Notes under the pieces: model-generated
Seen by the model: only the letters and a program-made list of their open reading frames with translations
Databases searched by the model: none
Told to the model about the DNA's origin: nothing
Program-made: the position numbers and the translations under genes
In this document: in pieces, positions 49,926 through 59,288 of the stretch
Position numbering within the stretch: position 1 is the stretch's first letter
Layout: each line of letters begins with the position of its first letter
Assembly (NCBI GenBank): GCA_045863395.1
Contig: BTVJ01000018.1
Span: 1 to 64,000, forward strand
Source: Myxococcales bacterium
Lineage (GTDB): Bacteria; Myxococcota_A; UBA9042; JABWCM01; BTVJ01
Length of the DNA stretch: 64,000 nucleotides
Direction of reading: 5' to 3'

Positions 49926-50489
49926 CTACCAAGCGAGCCGGGATGCGATGGCCGTGACCGTATACAGGATGGCGAGCCAAATGAAGTACACGGCCCCCAC
50001 GAAGGGCCAGCGCTTCTCCTCGGGGACGCCGTAGAACGTGGGCGCGGCCACGTACACGAGCCATGCACCGTAGCCGACGCCGGCGAACATCAGGTACTCG
50101 CCGAAGGTCAGCCGCAGGATCATGAGCAGCGCGCTCAGCGCAGCGACCGCCGCGATGGGGAAGCTCGCCCAGGCGAAGAGGCGTACCCCGTTGTCCCCAG
50201 CCGCCCGCGCCCCGAAGTACGGCACGAGCAGGTCGACCACCCGGGCCATGGCGAAGACGGCGCCGATGACGGCGCCGATCTGCAGCACTGCGAACACCAG
50301 GAAGTACCCGAGGAGCCCATAGGTGAGGCCCGCGATGACGATGAGCGCCATGGCCACGCTCAACGCGAGGGCCAGCTCGATGATCGCCTGCTGCTTGTCC
50401 TCGGGGGCCGTGTAGAGCCGGTCCCAGGTCACGGGTGTGGGCTTGGTCAAGATCTCGATGGCCCTCGCCAGCACGGCCTGGTAGCTCAC
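49926..50489 (-). CDS. Yip1-like membrane protein
   Basis: IL.KP...W N-motif, about five TM helices, YG..L.Y....P..K C-motif. Confidence 0.65.
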   Translation of the reverse strand: MSYQAVLARAIEILTKPTPVTWDRLYTAPEDKQQAIIELALALSVAMALIVIAGLTYGLLGYFLVFAVLQIGAVIGAVFAMARVVDLLVPYFGARAAGDNGVRLFAWASFPIAAVAALSALLMILRLTFGEYLMFAGVGYGAWLVYVAAPTFYGVPEEKRWPFVGAVYFIWLAILYTVTAIASRLAW

Positions 50490-50517
50490 GACGCACTCCC
50501 TTGCCGGGTGCCCCCGA

Positions 50518-52005
50518 CTACTTCAGCAAGAAGACCATCTCCGAGTTTCCAATGCGGATCTCGTCGCCGTCCTTCAGGAACTGCTTGGTGATCTTGCGAC
50601 CGTTGACCAGCACCCCGTTGGTCGAGCCGAGGTCCGCGAGCTCGTAGCGCAGATCCTCGATCTTGATGCCCGCGTGGCGCCTCGACACAGACGAGTCGTC
50701 GATGACGATGGAGTTGCCCTCCATGGACCCGATGGTCGTGACGGCCTCGGTCAGGTAGTACTCCATGCCCGCGCAGGGCCCCTTCGTGACCTGCAGCCGG
50801 CCACGGCTCGGCCCCTGCGGACCCGACTCGATGACGACGACCTCGGGCTCGGGGGGGGGCCGCTCCGCGCGGCGGCGCAGGTAACCGGCGATCAGCTTGT
50901 AGATGAGGATCAGCAGGATGAGGCCGCCGAGCCCAATCCCGATCCACATGAGCAGCGTCTTCCACGCGAAGGGCTTCTCAGCCAGGTGCACGTCGCGGTC
51001 GGCCACGGTGGTCAGCTCCGCGCCCGCGACCTTCGCCTTCATCTGGAACTTGACGCGCCGCCCACCGTCCAGGTCCTCCGGCTTGAGGGTGACCACGTAC
51101 TGGCGCTTGATCTGCTCGGCGAGCTCCTCCCACGTCCGCTCGATGTCCGACCGGCTGGACTCGTCCGAGAGCAGCAGCGAGAAGCCGTTGGTCTTGTTGG
51201 AGAGGTCGCGCAGCGCGGGCAGGCCCTTCGTGGCGATGGTCGCATACCCGAGGCTGTAGACACGGATCCCCGACTCGGACGCCGTCTTGGCGATGTCGTC
51301 CACGAGCTTGCTGATCCGCTGCGGGTCCTTCTCCAGCTTGGAGTCGAGCCCGTCGGACATGATGACGATGACCTTCCGCCGCGTGGTGTCCAGGCGCCCG
51401 AACTCGTCCCGGATGCCCGCCCCGAGCTCACGCAGGAGCCGCTCGTAGAGGTTCAGATCCACCGACTTGTTCGGGTCTGGCTCCAGCCCCTCGTCGTCGT
51501 AGGTCTTGAGCTCGATACGCTCGATGTCGTCGCCGGTCTTGGGGCCGCCCTCCTGGAAGGAGAGCTTCCGCTGGAAGTCCTTCTCGTCGTAGACCCACAG
51601 GGCCACGCGGTCGGTGGGGCGCAAGCGCTGCGCGAGCTTCTGCGCGCCGGCGATCCCGACCTTCAGGGGGGGCGCCTGGAGGGTGTCAGCGTTGATGCGG
51701 TAATCGAAGTTCGCGCCGATGATTACCGCGACCGCCACGGACTCGGGCGTCTCGAAGTAGGGCTCGACCTTGATCGACCCCGTGATGGCCTTGTCGTCGA
51801 TCAGGATGGTCAGCGCATCGGGCGCCAGGTCGGGCACCACCCGGCCATCGTCGTCGAGCAGGTCGACGAAGAAGCGGATCTCATTGCGCTCCACGAACCG
51901 CGTCGCGTCGATGTCGTCGATGCGGAAGGACTTTGCAGCCGCGGGCACGGCAAGCGCGACCAGGGTCGCTCCGACGAGCATCAGGAGGGTGCGTGCTCTG
52001 ATCAT
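50518..52005 (-). CDS. Signal peptide + VWA-like domain + TM + cytoplasmic FHA domain protein
   Basis: VIVIMSDG, VYSLGY, LSNKTNG; TM; VSRRHA, DLGSTNG.LVNG, LKDGDEI.IG. Confidence 0.85.
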   Translation of the reverse strand: MIRARTLLMLVGATLVALAVPAAAKSFRIDDIDATRFVERNEIRFFVDLLDDDGRVVPDLAPDALTILIDDKAITGSIKVEPYFETPESVAVAVIIGANFDYRINADTLQAPPLKVGIAGAQKLAQRLRPTDRVALWVYDEKDFQRKLSFQEGGPKTGDDIERIELKTYDDEGLEPDPNKSVDLNLYERLLRELGAGIRDEFGRLDTTRRKVIVIMSDGLDSKLEKDPQRISKLVDDIAKTASESGIRVYSLGYATIATKGLPALRDLSNKTNGFSLLLSDESSRSDIERTWEELAEQIKRQYVVTLKPEDLDGGRRVKFQMKAKVAGAELTTVADRDVHLAEKPFAWKTLLMWIGIGLGGLILLILIYKLIAGYLRRRAERPPPEPEVVVIESGPQGPSRGRLQVTKGPCAGMEYYLTEAVTTIGSMEGNSIVIDDSSVSRRHAGIKIEDLRYELADLGSTNGVLVNGRKITKQFLKDGDEIRIGNSEMVFLLK

Positions 52006-52036
52006 GGCCTCTCGGGTGGGTGTGGGCGGTGGAGGG

Positions 52037-52759
52037 TCAATACAGCGACTTGAACTTCAGCTCCGTCCTGCCGAGCCGGATCTTGTCGTTGTCGATCAGC
52101 TCCTCCTTGGAGATGCGACGATCATTCAGATAGGTGCCGTTGGTCGAGTCCAGGTCGATGAGCGTGAACCGCCCGTTCTCGTGCCGGATGGCCGCGTGCT
52201 TCGACGACAGGTAGGCGTCGGTCAGCACGATGTCGCAGTCCGCCGCCGTGCCGATGACGTTGCGCCCCGTGACCAGGCGGAAGTCGTGGCCACGGTGCGC
52301 GCCGCCCAGCGCAACGATCCAGCCCACGCAGTCCTGTGCCCGGTCATCCATGATCTCCGAGACGTTGACCATCTGGGTCTTGTCGCTCTCGGAGAACTGC
52401 TCCACCGCCGCCTGCTGTGCGCGCTGCTGCTGCGGGGCCTGCTTCTGGCTACTCTTCTTCTTTCCGAAGAACCCCATGCCCTTCTCACCGCCCTGCTTGG
52501 TGTCCTGAGCAGCCCCGCCCTTCTTCTCCCCCTGAGCCGCCTGTCCCGCCTTCTCGCCGGCCTTCTGTCCGCCGCCCTTCTGGCCCTTGATCTTGGCCTG
52601 CAGCGCCTGCCCCGGCTTGTCCACCGCGGCGTTGAACTTGGAGGCCGCCTTGCTCTTCGCCTGGGCCTGGGCCGAATAGATCTTCCCTTTGACCCTCGCC
52701 TGTGCGCTGGATGTGCGCGACCGGACAAGTCCCTTGAAGAAGTCGATGATCACCTGCAT
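52037..52759 (-). CDS. FHA domain protein with a Lys/Gln/Ala-rich N-terminus
   Basis: VGWIV, SSKHA, DLDSTNGTYLN, L.DND.I.LG; start uncertain. Confidence 0.85.
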   Translation of the reverse strand: MQVIIDFFKGLVRSRTSSAQARVKGKIYSAQAQAKSKAASKFNAAVDKPGQALQAKIKGQKGGGQKAGEKAGQAAQGEKKGGAAQDTKQGGEKGMGFFGKKKSSQKQAPQQQRAQQAAVEQFSESDKTQMVNVSEIMDDRAQDCVGWIVALGGAHRGHDFRLVTGRNVIGTAADCDIVLTDAYLSSKHAAIRHENGRFTLIDLDSTNGTYLNDRRISKEELIDNDKIRLGRTELKFKSLY

Positions 52760-52866
52760 GTGCGAGCTGCCCAGCGTCGAGGTATCAGCGATCAGGCGAG
52801 TGACGTCAAGATCGTCGCACAGGCCCCCCCCGCGGTCAAGGACACTCGCCCCCGGGGCAAGCCGTG

Positions 52867-54408
52867 CTACGCAGGCTGGTACGCCCACACGTGGAACATG
52901 TTGATGTCACGCGCCGCGCTCCGGTACGTGAAGCGGATCTGGACCTGGTCCTCCTCGATCATGTCACCGGGGATGATGTACGGCCAGTTGCGCCACCGGT
53001 ACTTGCGATCCTTACCCGTCACGGCCCACGGCTCCGCCTTCTTGCCGTTGACCAGCGCGTCGGCCTGCCAGTCGCCGTGCGTGTAGTCGATGCGGAACAC
53101 GAGGATGAGCTGCCGCCCGAGCTTCACGTTCTTGATGGTGAACTGGCAGGTGCCGCCCTCGAAGGCCACGCCCTCGTCCTTGACCGCGGTGCCCTCCTCG
53201 GTGTCCGGGTACTTGAACTGCTGGCGCGAGCGGTATTGGTCGGTGAAGTCCCTGATCTCGAAGGCGTGGGCGCCCTCGCTCTGCGCGTTGAGCACGTCGA
53301 TCTCGTCGCACATGAGGAAGGTGGACCCGTCGAGCTTCAGCTCCTTCTCGAAGGGCGCGCTGCGGATCTTGATCTTGTCCCAGGCGACCTCCGCCTGGGC
53401 CGCCTCCAGCCGGGGGGCCTCCTTGGCGCGCAGCTTGTGCTCGAACAGGCCCTGCAGGGCCTCGCACGCCTTGGTCTGGAACCCGATGATGTGGTTCACC
53501 AGATCCATGCCCGTCTTGTCCTCCTGGTAGATGTTCCGGAGGTAGCGGATCTGGTTGCCGTAGTTGGCGAACTCCCGGGTGGAGGCGTGCTGCGGGTGCT
53601 GCGTCTCCAGCTCGCGGATCATCTCCTCTTCCAGGTCGATGAGCCGCAGGTTCATCCGCGGCAGGTTCCGCAGGTCGATCTGGTTGCACATCAGCAGCAT
53701 CTCGACGGTCAGGTAGGCGTAGAGCACGTCGCCCGCCCGGCGGATGTCCAGGTCGTGGTACAGGTACGAGTAGGTGGTCACGGCGAGCTTCGCGAGCTGC
53801 TGGATCCGGAAGATGGTGTACGGATCGAGGAAGGTCCCCACGACTCCGGCGATGGGCACGAAGCGCAGATCCAGCTCGTTCTCGCGCGGATCGTGCGGGT
53901 TCTTGGCGTCCGAGAGCTTCTTGACGTCCGACGTCAATGCCACGCGGGCAAGCTCGATCTCGCGGTTGAGATCGGGCTCCACGGCCGTCCACTCGATGCG
54001 GGACTTCTCGCTGATCCGCTTGTGGCCCTTGAACTCCGGGTTCTCCTTGTAGGCCACGTAGTCCGTGGGCTCCTCCAGGTAGCGGAGCACCAGGTACACG
54101 GTCTGCGGGAGCTTGAAGTCCGTGGGGTTCAGGACCTTGATCTCCGGCTCCGGGCGCCAGATGTCGCTGCCGGTGCCGTCGATGGCATAGCCGGGCTGGA
54201 TCTCCACCGCCAGCTCGTTGCGCCCACGCGCCGACACGCGCAGCCCGCCCGTCGCGGTCAGCACCACGCCCGGGCCATGGAACATGCGGTTGTGCAGCCG
54301 GTGCTTGTCGACGTGGTAGCGCTCCGCGTCGTTCCAGTCGTGCTCCGTGGTCATGAAGCCACGGAAGAAGTTGATCCTCTTGAACACCGCGCCGCCGTTG
54401 TCGGCCAT
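52867..54408 (-). CDS. Contractile-injection-system baseplate-associated protein (putative fibre-anchor N-domain, jelly-roll-like C-domain)
   Basis: KRINFFRG...DW...Y...H.LHN..HG.GVV..GL.V...I.PGYAIDG.G, a motif seen in genes downstream of eCIS baseplates; position in the cluster. Confidence 0.65.
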   Translation of the reverse strand: MADNGGAVFKRINFFRGFMTTEHDWNDAERYHVDKHRLHNRMFHGPGVVLTATGGLRVSARGRNELAVEIQPGYAIDGTGSDIWRPEPEIKVLNPTDFKLPQTVYLVLRYLEEPTDYVAYKENPEFKGHKRISEKSRIEWTAVEPDLNREIELARVALTSDVKKLSDAKNPHDPRENELDLRFVPIAGVVGTFLDPYTIFRIQQLAKLAVTTYSYLYHDLDIRRAGDVLYAYLTVEMLLMCNQIDLRNLPRMNLRLIDLEEEMIRELETQHPQHASTREFANYGNQIRYLRNIYQEDKTGMDLVNHIIGFQTKACEALQGLFEHKLRAKEAPRLEAAQAEVAWDKIKIRSAPFEKELKLDGSTFLMCDEIDVLNAQSEGAHAFEIRDFTDQYRSRQQFKYPDTEEGTAVKDEGVAFEGGTCQFTIKNVKLGRQLILVFRIDYTHGDWQADALVNGKKAEPWAVTGKDRKYRWRNWPYIIPGDMIEEDQVQIRFTYRSAARDINMFHVWAYQPA

Positions 54409-54438
54409 GCGTCTCCTCCTGGAGGGGATACCCCGGGT

Positions 54439-55335
54439 CTATGGCTCCGCGGGCTCCTCGGGCGCCTCGTCCATGACGAGGCCGCTCCCGATGGCCGAAC
54501 CCACGCCGATCTGCATGATGCCCAGGACCCCCGACTCGCGCCGCTTCTCGGCGAAATCGAGCCAGTAGATGGTGTGGGCGGGCTTCTCGTTCTGGATGAT
54601 CTGATGGATCTTCATCAGGGCGTCCTCCGTGATCTCATCCGCCGCGAAGGGCAGCCGCACGATGAAGCAGTGCGACCGGTTCATGGGCGGCAGGATCACC
54701 GCGTCGACCCCCACGACGGAGGACACCCCCACCTGGAAGCCCCTGTGGGGCCAGCGGTTCTCTTCCACCTCAGGGGCGAGGCCCGTGAAGATCTCGAGGA
54801 AGATGCGCAGCGCCCGCGCGGTGCCGCGGATGTTGTAGAGCTCTGCCGCCCGCCGGATCAGCCGCCGCTTGCGGTCCACCGGCCAGTCCGGGTCCAGCGT
54901 CAGCGCCAGCCAGGACGCGAGCCACGGCAGGAAGTCCTCACGGGTCTCCAGGGGCCGGAAGAGCCGATCCATGGAGTCGATGTTCCCCTGCAGCGAGTCG
55001 TGCAGGTGGTGGAAGATCCACAGGTAGCGGCGCAGGAAGTCGCTGTCGACGCCCGTCCCGCTCATCTGGTACACGCTCGGCAGGTGCCGCACCAGGCTCT
55101 GCTTGATCACGTGGAGCTTGACCACGGCGCTGGAGTCCACCATGTGGCCCCGCGGCGGATCCTGGGACACCACCGAGTCCTCCGCTCCGTAGCTCTCGGT
55201 GAAGTGCACCTGTCCCGGCGGAAACCCGGCGCTCCGCAGAACGATCTGCGCGTCGTCCACGTGCAATCCGACCAGGTCGGGCAGGACGCGCTTGCGGCTG
55301 GGGAGCCGCGACGGGGTGGGTGTCTTGGTCGCCAC
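54439..55335 (-). CDS. PASTA domain + phage tail protein I (P2 gpI-like) baseplate wedge protein
   Basis: LPDLVGL...A...L..AG...VVSQDP..G (PASTA); HLPSVY, FL.RYL.IF, FLPWLASWL, LY..RGT..L, I...KPAHT. Confidence 0.85.
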   Translation of the reverse strand: MATKTPTPSRLPSRKRVLPDLVGLHVDDAQIVLRSAGFPPGQVHFTESYGAEDSVVSQDPPRGHMVDSSAVVKLHVIKQSLVRHLPSVYQMSGTGVDSDFLRRYLWIFHHLHDSLQGNIDSMDRLFRPLETREDFLPWLASWLALTLDPDWPVDRKRRLIRRAAELYNIRGTARALRIFLEIFTGLAPEVEENRWPHRGFQVGVSSVVGVDAVILPPMNRSHCFIVRLPFAADEITEDALMKIHQIIQNEKPAHTIYWLDFAEKRRESGVLGIMQIGVGSAIGSGLVMDEAPEEPAEP

Positions 55336-55338
55336 GGG

Positions 55339-58300
55339 CTACACGATCCTCTCGTGGGCCTTCTCGACGACCTCGACGCCCACGAGGTGAGGGAGCTCAT
55401 CGGGAGCGAGCCGGAGCTGCTCCACCTCGGTGCGCCTCTCGGAGTCGATGATCCGGACCAGATCCACGAAGTCGACGCCGTCGACGTTCTCGATGACGTG
55501 GTAGAGGTCCACCTTGAACACGGCGCGCCCGAAGGGCCAGCCCTTGCCGTCGCGTCCACCGGCCAGCGGGTTCAGGAAGCGCCACAGGTTGGCCTGGATG
55601 TCGCGCTTGATGCGGTCGCTGGACCCGGAGGACCGCCGCACGATGCGCACCTCCACGGACATCTCCACGTAGCGCGGCTTCACCACGTTGACGATGGTGG
55701 TCAGGAGCTTCCGCTCATTGAGGTAGGTGCGCACCCGGCGCAACAGCTCCGTCGACGGGATGGGCTTCTCCAGCAGGTTGGCCGTGCCATCCTGGAGGCG
55801 CGGCAGCTTCGGAACGACGATGACGGTCACCTGCCCCTCCCGGTCGGTGGAGGGGAGCGCCTTCACGCGCGCTACGCTGTTCGACGCCTCCCGGCTCAGC
55901 CACTCGAAGTCCTCCGCCGTCACGGCGCGGTTCCTGGACTTGAGCATGTGGGGACCACGCAGCTTGGCGTCCTCGACCGACTCCAGGTCGCAGCCGCCGC
56001 TCGCTGGGAACGGGTTGGTCACCGCGTCGAGATAGGAGAAGCTCTGCTTCATGACGGTGATCGTGTCGGCGGCAACGTTCCCCTCCACGCCGCCGCCCAC
56101 CTGCCACGCGCTCGCGATGATGTTCTTCTCGCCCTTGGGTGGGACCATGCCGCGGGTGCCGTCGCCGAACCGGATCTCGCTGGTCACCGTGTCCTTGACG
56201 TAGTGCCTGCTGCGGGGGCCGCTGTCGTAGAGGTTGTCCACCTGATGCCACGTGATCAGGTACTCGGTCGTGAACTCAGGATCCTGTCGGAACGCGTCCT
56301 CCCCCTCCTCCGCTACGATGATGTCGATCTCGTCCCGCGAGGGGCGCTCGCGCTCCCGGATGACCACCCGCTGCCCGTCGAGCACCGGCGTCCGCGGGAA
56401 GGTGAACTTCTGGTTGGGCGTCCCCTGACTCGAGCCGAGGAGGCTGTCACGGAACGTCGAGATGTTCAGCGAGTAGCCGCAGTTGAGCAGAATCCGCTCC
56501 ACGCGCGGCGGCACGTCGTAGCCGCCCATCTCCAGCCGCGCCCGCAGCCAGTAGAGGTTCTCGCCGAAGCGCTTGCTGGTGCGCAGGTCCTTGGGGCCCA
56601 CGAACTGCACGAAGCCCGACTGCGTGAAGTTGTTCGTCCAGTCGTGCGGCAAGAGAGGGCTCCACGCCTTGCCCGACCAGTACTCCCAGACGACGCGCTG
56701 CTCGGCCGTCTCCCCCTCCAGCTCCGCGATCGCCCGAGGCTGCCGCCGCTGCCAGGCGCCGGACCGGCCAGGGAGGTTGCCGCCCGACGACTCGTCCACC
56801 GTGTGGAAGTAGATCTGGCACGTCGCGTTCGGGAATGGCTCGTTGAAGCCGAGGAAGATGGTCGGGCTCTCCTCGGCCACCGGCTGGAAGGCCTGGAAGG
56901 CGCGCCCCCCGCTCGCCGCCGTGGCCGTGTGGTCCGTGTACACGAAGTCGTTGAAGGACATGCAGTGCTTGAAGGGGCGGGGCTCCTCCGAGAAGCGGAA
57001 CGCGATGGCCTTGAAGGTCGGGGGCCGCAGCGGCCGCTCGTCGCGCCACACCCACCGATCCTCGACGTTCTCGTAGGCGCCCGGCACGCCGTAGTCGCCC
57101 TGCTCCACGCGCACCCGCAGCCACAGCCCGGTCTCGTCGTTGACCCGTGTCGCCTCCAGGTTCTTGGGGCGCTGGAACGTGAGCACACCGGACTTGGTGA
57201 AGGCGTTGGTCCCGTCCTGGAAGCCATACCAGCCTGGCTCGTCTGCCGGTACCCCGAAGGGAGTCGTCCGCCCGAGGAGGGTCCACTTCTTGCCGTTCCA
57301 GAACTCCCACCGCAGCTTCAGGTCCTGTGAAGCCACCGGGGCCTCGGCGACGCTCGGATCGCTGAGCTGCACCTCGATCTCGATGGTCGCGCCGTCCTGC
57401 GACAGGATGCTCTCGCACGCCACATAGAACATGGCGTCGACTCGCGGCTCTCGGTCGAACGGCAGGAAGTTGCGGTCCATGTCTCGCGGCAGGAACAGGT
57501 CGCCGTCCACGTTGGCGATGGCGCGGTCCGGCGGCACCCCCTCGCCGCTGATCTCGAGGCGGCCGAAGACCGTCTCGATCATGGTCTCCTCGGCGGAGCG
57601 GGGCACCTCGATGAGGCGCCCGCGAATCCAGTACTCCTCCGTATCGTTGACCATGGTCTTGGCCATGGTGGGCGGCCCCATGAACGCGACCATGTTCGGG
57701 TCGACGTCCTTCGGGTGCAGGTAGAGCTCCCGCCACCGCTCGCCGTTCCAGTACTCCCACTCCAGCAGGCGCGTCAGCTCCCGGTCGCTCCGGTGAGGGC
57801 AGTGGAACTGCACCGTGAGCACCGCGGCCTCGTTGAAGTTCTCGAAGCGCGGGTCCCCCAGGTAGATGTAACGATCGATGGCGCGGGTGCCCACGAACGG
57901 GTTGAAGCCGCCGCGCCCGCCGCGAGCCTCTTCGGTGACGTTGGTGATCAGGGTCTTGCCCGACTCCGGGTCGTGCTCCTGGACGACCACGCGCTGCATG
58001 ACCGTGTTGACCACGGTCACGTCCTCCTCGGTCTCGAAGGCGATCGCGCGGCTCCCCGCCCCAGCCTTCGTGGAGAACGCGGACCCTCGCGGGATGGTCA
58101 ACGAGTCGGTCTTGTCGCTGAGCGTGAAGGTCAGCAAGGCCCGCGCCGGCTGGGGCGGCTGGAGCGTCACCCCCATCAGATCCAGGAAGGCGAGGTAGTT
58201 CTTGTCCGGGACCCGGTTGAGCCGGTAGAGCGCCATCTCCATCATCCAGGCGAACAGCTCGATGAGCGTGATGCCCGGATCGCTGGCGTTGAAGTTGGTC

Positions 58301-58389
58301 CACTCCGGGCAGTACTGCGGGATCAGCCGGATCGCCTCGTCGACGATGTCCTCGAACTTCCGGTCGTCCAGGTTCGGCGTCGGGATCAT
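55339..58389 (-). CDS. Baseplate J/gp47-like baseplate assembly protein
   Basis: PNLDDR.F, PEWT.FN.SDPGITLIELFA, YRLNRVP, FGDG..G..P, GGG..GNV, RAVT.EDFE. Confidence 0.93.
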   Translation of the reverse strand: MIPTPNLDDRKFEDIVDEAIRLIPQYCPEWTNFNASDPGITLIELFAWMMEMALYRLNRVPDKNYLAFLDLMGVTLQPPQPARALLTFTLSDKTDSLTIPRGSAFSTKAGAGSRAIAFETEEDVTVVNTVMQRVVVQEHDPESGKTLITNVTEEARGGRGGFNPFVGTRAIDRYIYLGDPRFENFNEAAVLTVQFHCPHRSDRELTRLLEWEYWNGERWRELYLHPKDVDPNMVAFMGPPTMAKTMVNDTEEYWIRGRLIEVPRSAEETMIETVFGRLEISGEGVPPDRAIANVDGDLFLPRDMDRNFLPFDREPRVDAMFYVACESILSQDGATIEIEVQLSDPSVAEAPVASQDLKLRWEFWNGKKWTLLGRTTPFGVPADEPGWYGFQDGTNAFTKSGVLTFQRPKNLEATRVNDETGLWLRVRVEQGDYGVPGAYENVEDRWVWRDERPLRPPTFKAIAFRFSEEPRPFKHCMSFNDFVYTDHTATAASGGRAFQAFQPVAEESPTIFLGFNEPFPNATCQIYFHTVDESSGGNLPGRSGAWQRRQPRAIAELEGETAEQRVVWEYWSGKAWSPLLPHDWTNNFTQSGFVQFVGPKDLRTSKRFGENLYWLRARLEMGGYDVPPRVERILLNCGYSLNISTFRDSLLGSSQGTPNQKFTFPRTPVLDGQRVVIRERERPSRDEIDIIVAEEGEDAFRQDPEFTTEYLITWHQVDNLYDSGPRSRHYVKDTVTSEIRFGDGTRGMVPPKGEKNIIASAWQVGGGVEGNVAADTITVMKQSFSYLDAVTNPFPASGGCDLESVEDAKLRGPHMLKSRNRAVTAEDFEWLSREASNSVARVKALPSTDREGQVTVIVVPKLPRLQDGTANLLEKPIPSTELLRRVRTYLNERKLLTTIVNVVKPRYVEMSVEVRIVRRSSGSSDRIKRDIQANLWRFLNPLAGGRDGKGWPFGRAVFKVDLYHVIENVDGVDFVDLVRIIDSERRTEVEQLRLAPDELPHLVGVEVVEKAHERIV

Positions 58390-58793
58390 AGATCTTGCTC
58401 TCTGCGCAGGTAGAACGGGTAGACGAGGTTGCGAATGGCGTTGGTGCGGATCACCCGGTAGGAGACGTCGACCAGCATCACGTTCTCGTTGGCTGAGTCC
58501 GGGTAGGCCGACACCTTCAGATCATCGATGCGCGGCTCCCACTTCACCAGCGCCTCGCGCACGTGGTAGGACACCAGCGAAGCCGTGGACGCGTTGTTGG
58601 GGTGGAACACGTACTCATGGATGCGGCAGCCGAAGTCGGGCCGCATGACGCGCTCCCCCGGCGCCGTGCCGAGGATGAGCAGGATCGCCTGCTCGATGGT
58701 CTCCTCGCCCTCCTTCTGGGCGATGTTCCCCGTCGCGTTGACGGTGAGTGGGTACGCCCATCCGACTCCGAGGAACGACTTCTTCCTGGCCAC
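58386..58793 (-). CDS. GPW/gp25 family baseplate protein
   Basis: FLG.GW.YP, ILGT.PGERVMRPDFGC, WEPRI, NLVYPFYL; GTG start after GAAAGGGG. Confidence 0.93.
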   Translation of the reverse strand: MARKKSFLGVGWAYPLTVNATGNIAQKEGEETIEQAILLILGTAPGERVMRPDFGCRIHEYVFHPNNASTASLVSYHVREALVKWEPRIDDLKVSAYPDSANENVMLVDVSYRVIRTNAIRNLVYPFYLRREQDL

Positions 58794-58864
58794 GTGCTGC
58801 CCCTTTCCAGTCGCCCTGCCCCGCCCCACCAGCAGCCGCGCAACCCCGCGCGGCTACGGTCACC

Positions 58865-59053
58865 TCACGCGAGGCGCCCGTCGAAGTATCGGCCGCAATT
58901 CGGGCACTCCAGCCGGATGTGCACCTCGTCGGCCTCGACCTCCAGCGTCCCCTTCTTGCAGTACGGGCACTTGTGGCCCTCCGTGCGCCCGTTGTAGACC
59001 TCGTCGACGATGTCCTGCAGGAGATCGAGATCTTCGTAGGATAGCTCGCCCAT
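58865..59053 (-). CDS. Small zinc-ribbon protein (62 aa)
   Basis: GAGGA RBS; CPYC...CPNC. Confidence 0.7.
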   Translation of the reverse strand: MGELSYEDLDLLQDIVDEVYNGRTEGHKCPYCKKGTLEVEADEVHIRLECPNCGRYFDGRLA

Positions 59054-59288
59054 CCGTCCTCTCCTCATCCACTGCCGGCAGAGACCGGGTTCGCGCAAGG
59101 GCTGCGGATCGCGCCTCACCGCCGGGCCACCACCCGCAAGAGAGACGACGCTCATCGAGGCCAGCCGATAATAGCGATCCCCCCCGGCATGTCAAGCGGC
59201 AACGCCAGGAGCAATAGCTTGATTTCTCAAGAGATCCGCGACTGTGGAGGGCGACGACGGCGCCGAGGTCAGCGCAGGAGGAGGAGGA

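Noticed and set aside
52864..57330. 1488-aa + strand ORF and similar long antisense ORFs (6560-8836, 33176-36270, 897-2324, 60433-62607)
   Set aside because: They are shadows of well-supported opposite-strand genes; stop codons are scarce in high-GC DNA and the translations lack motifs.
52867..58793. Prophage
   Set aside because: There are no capsid, terminase, portal, integrase or lysis genes, and the baseplate proteins are of the eCIS type.
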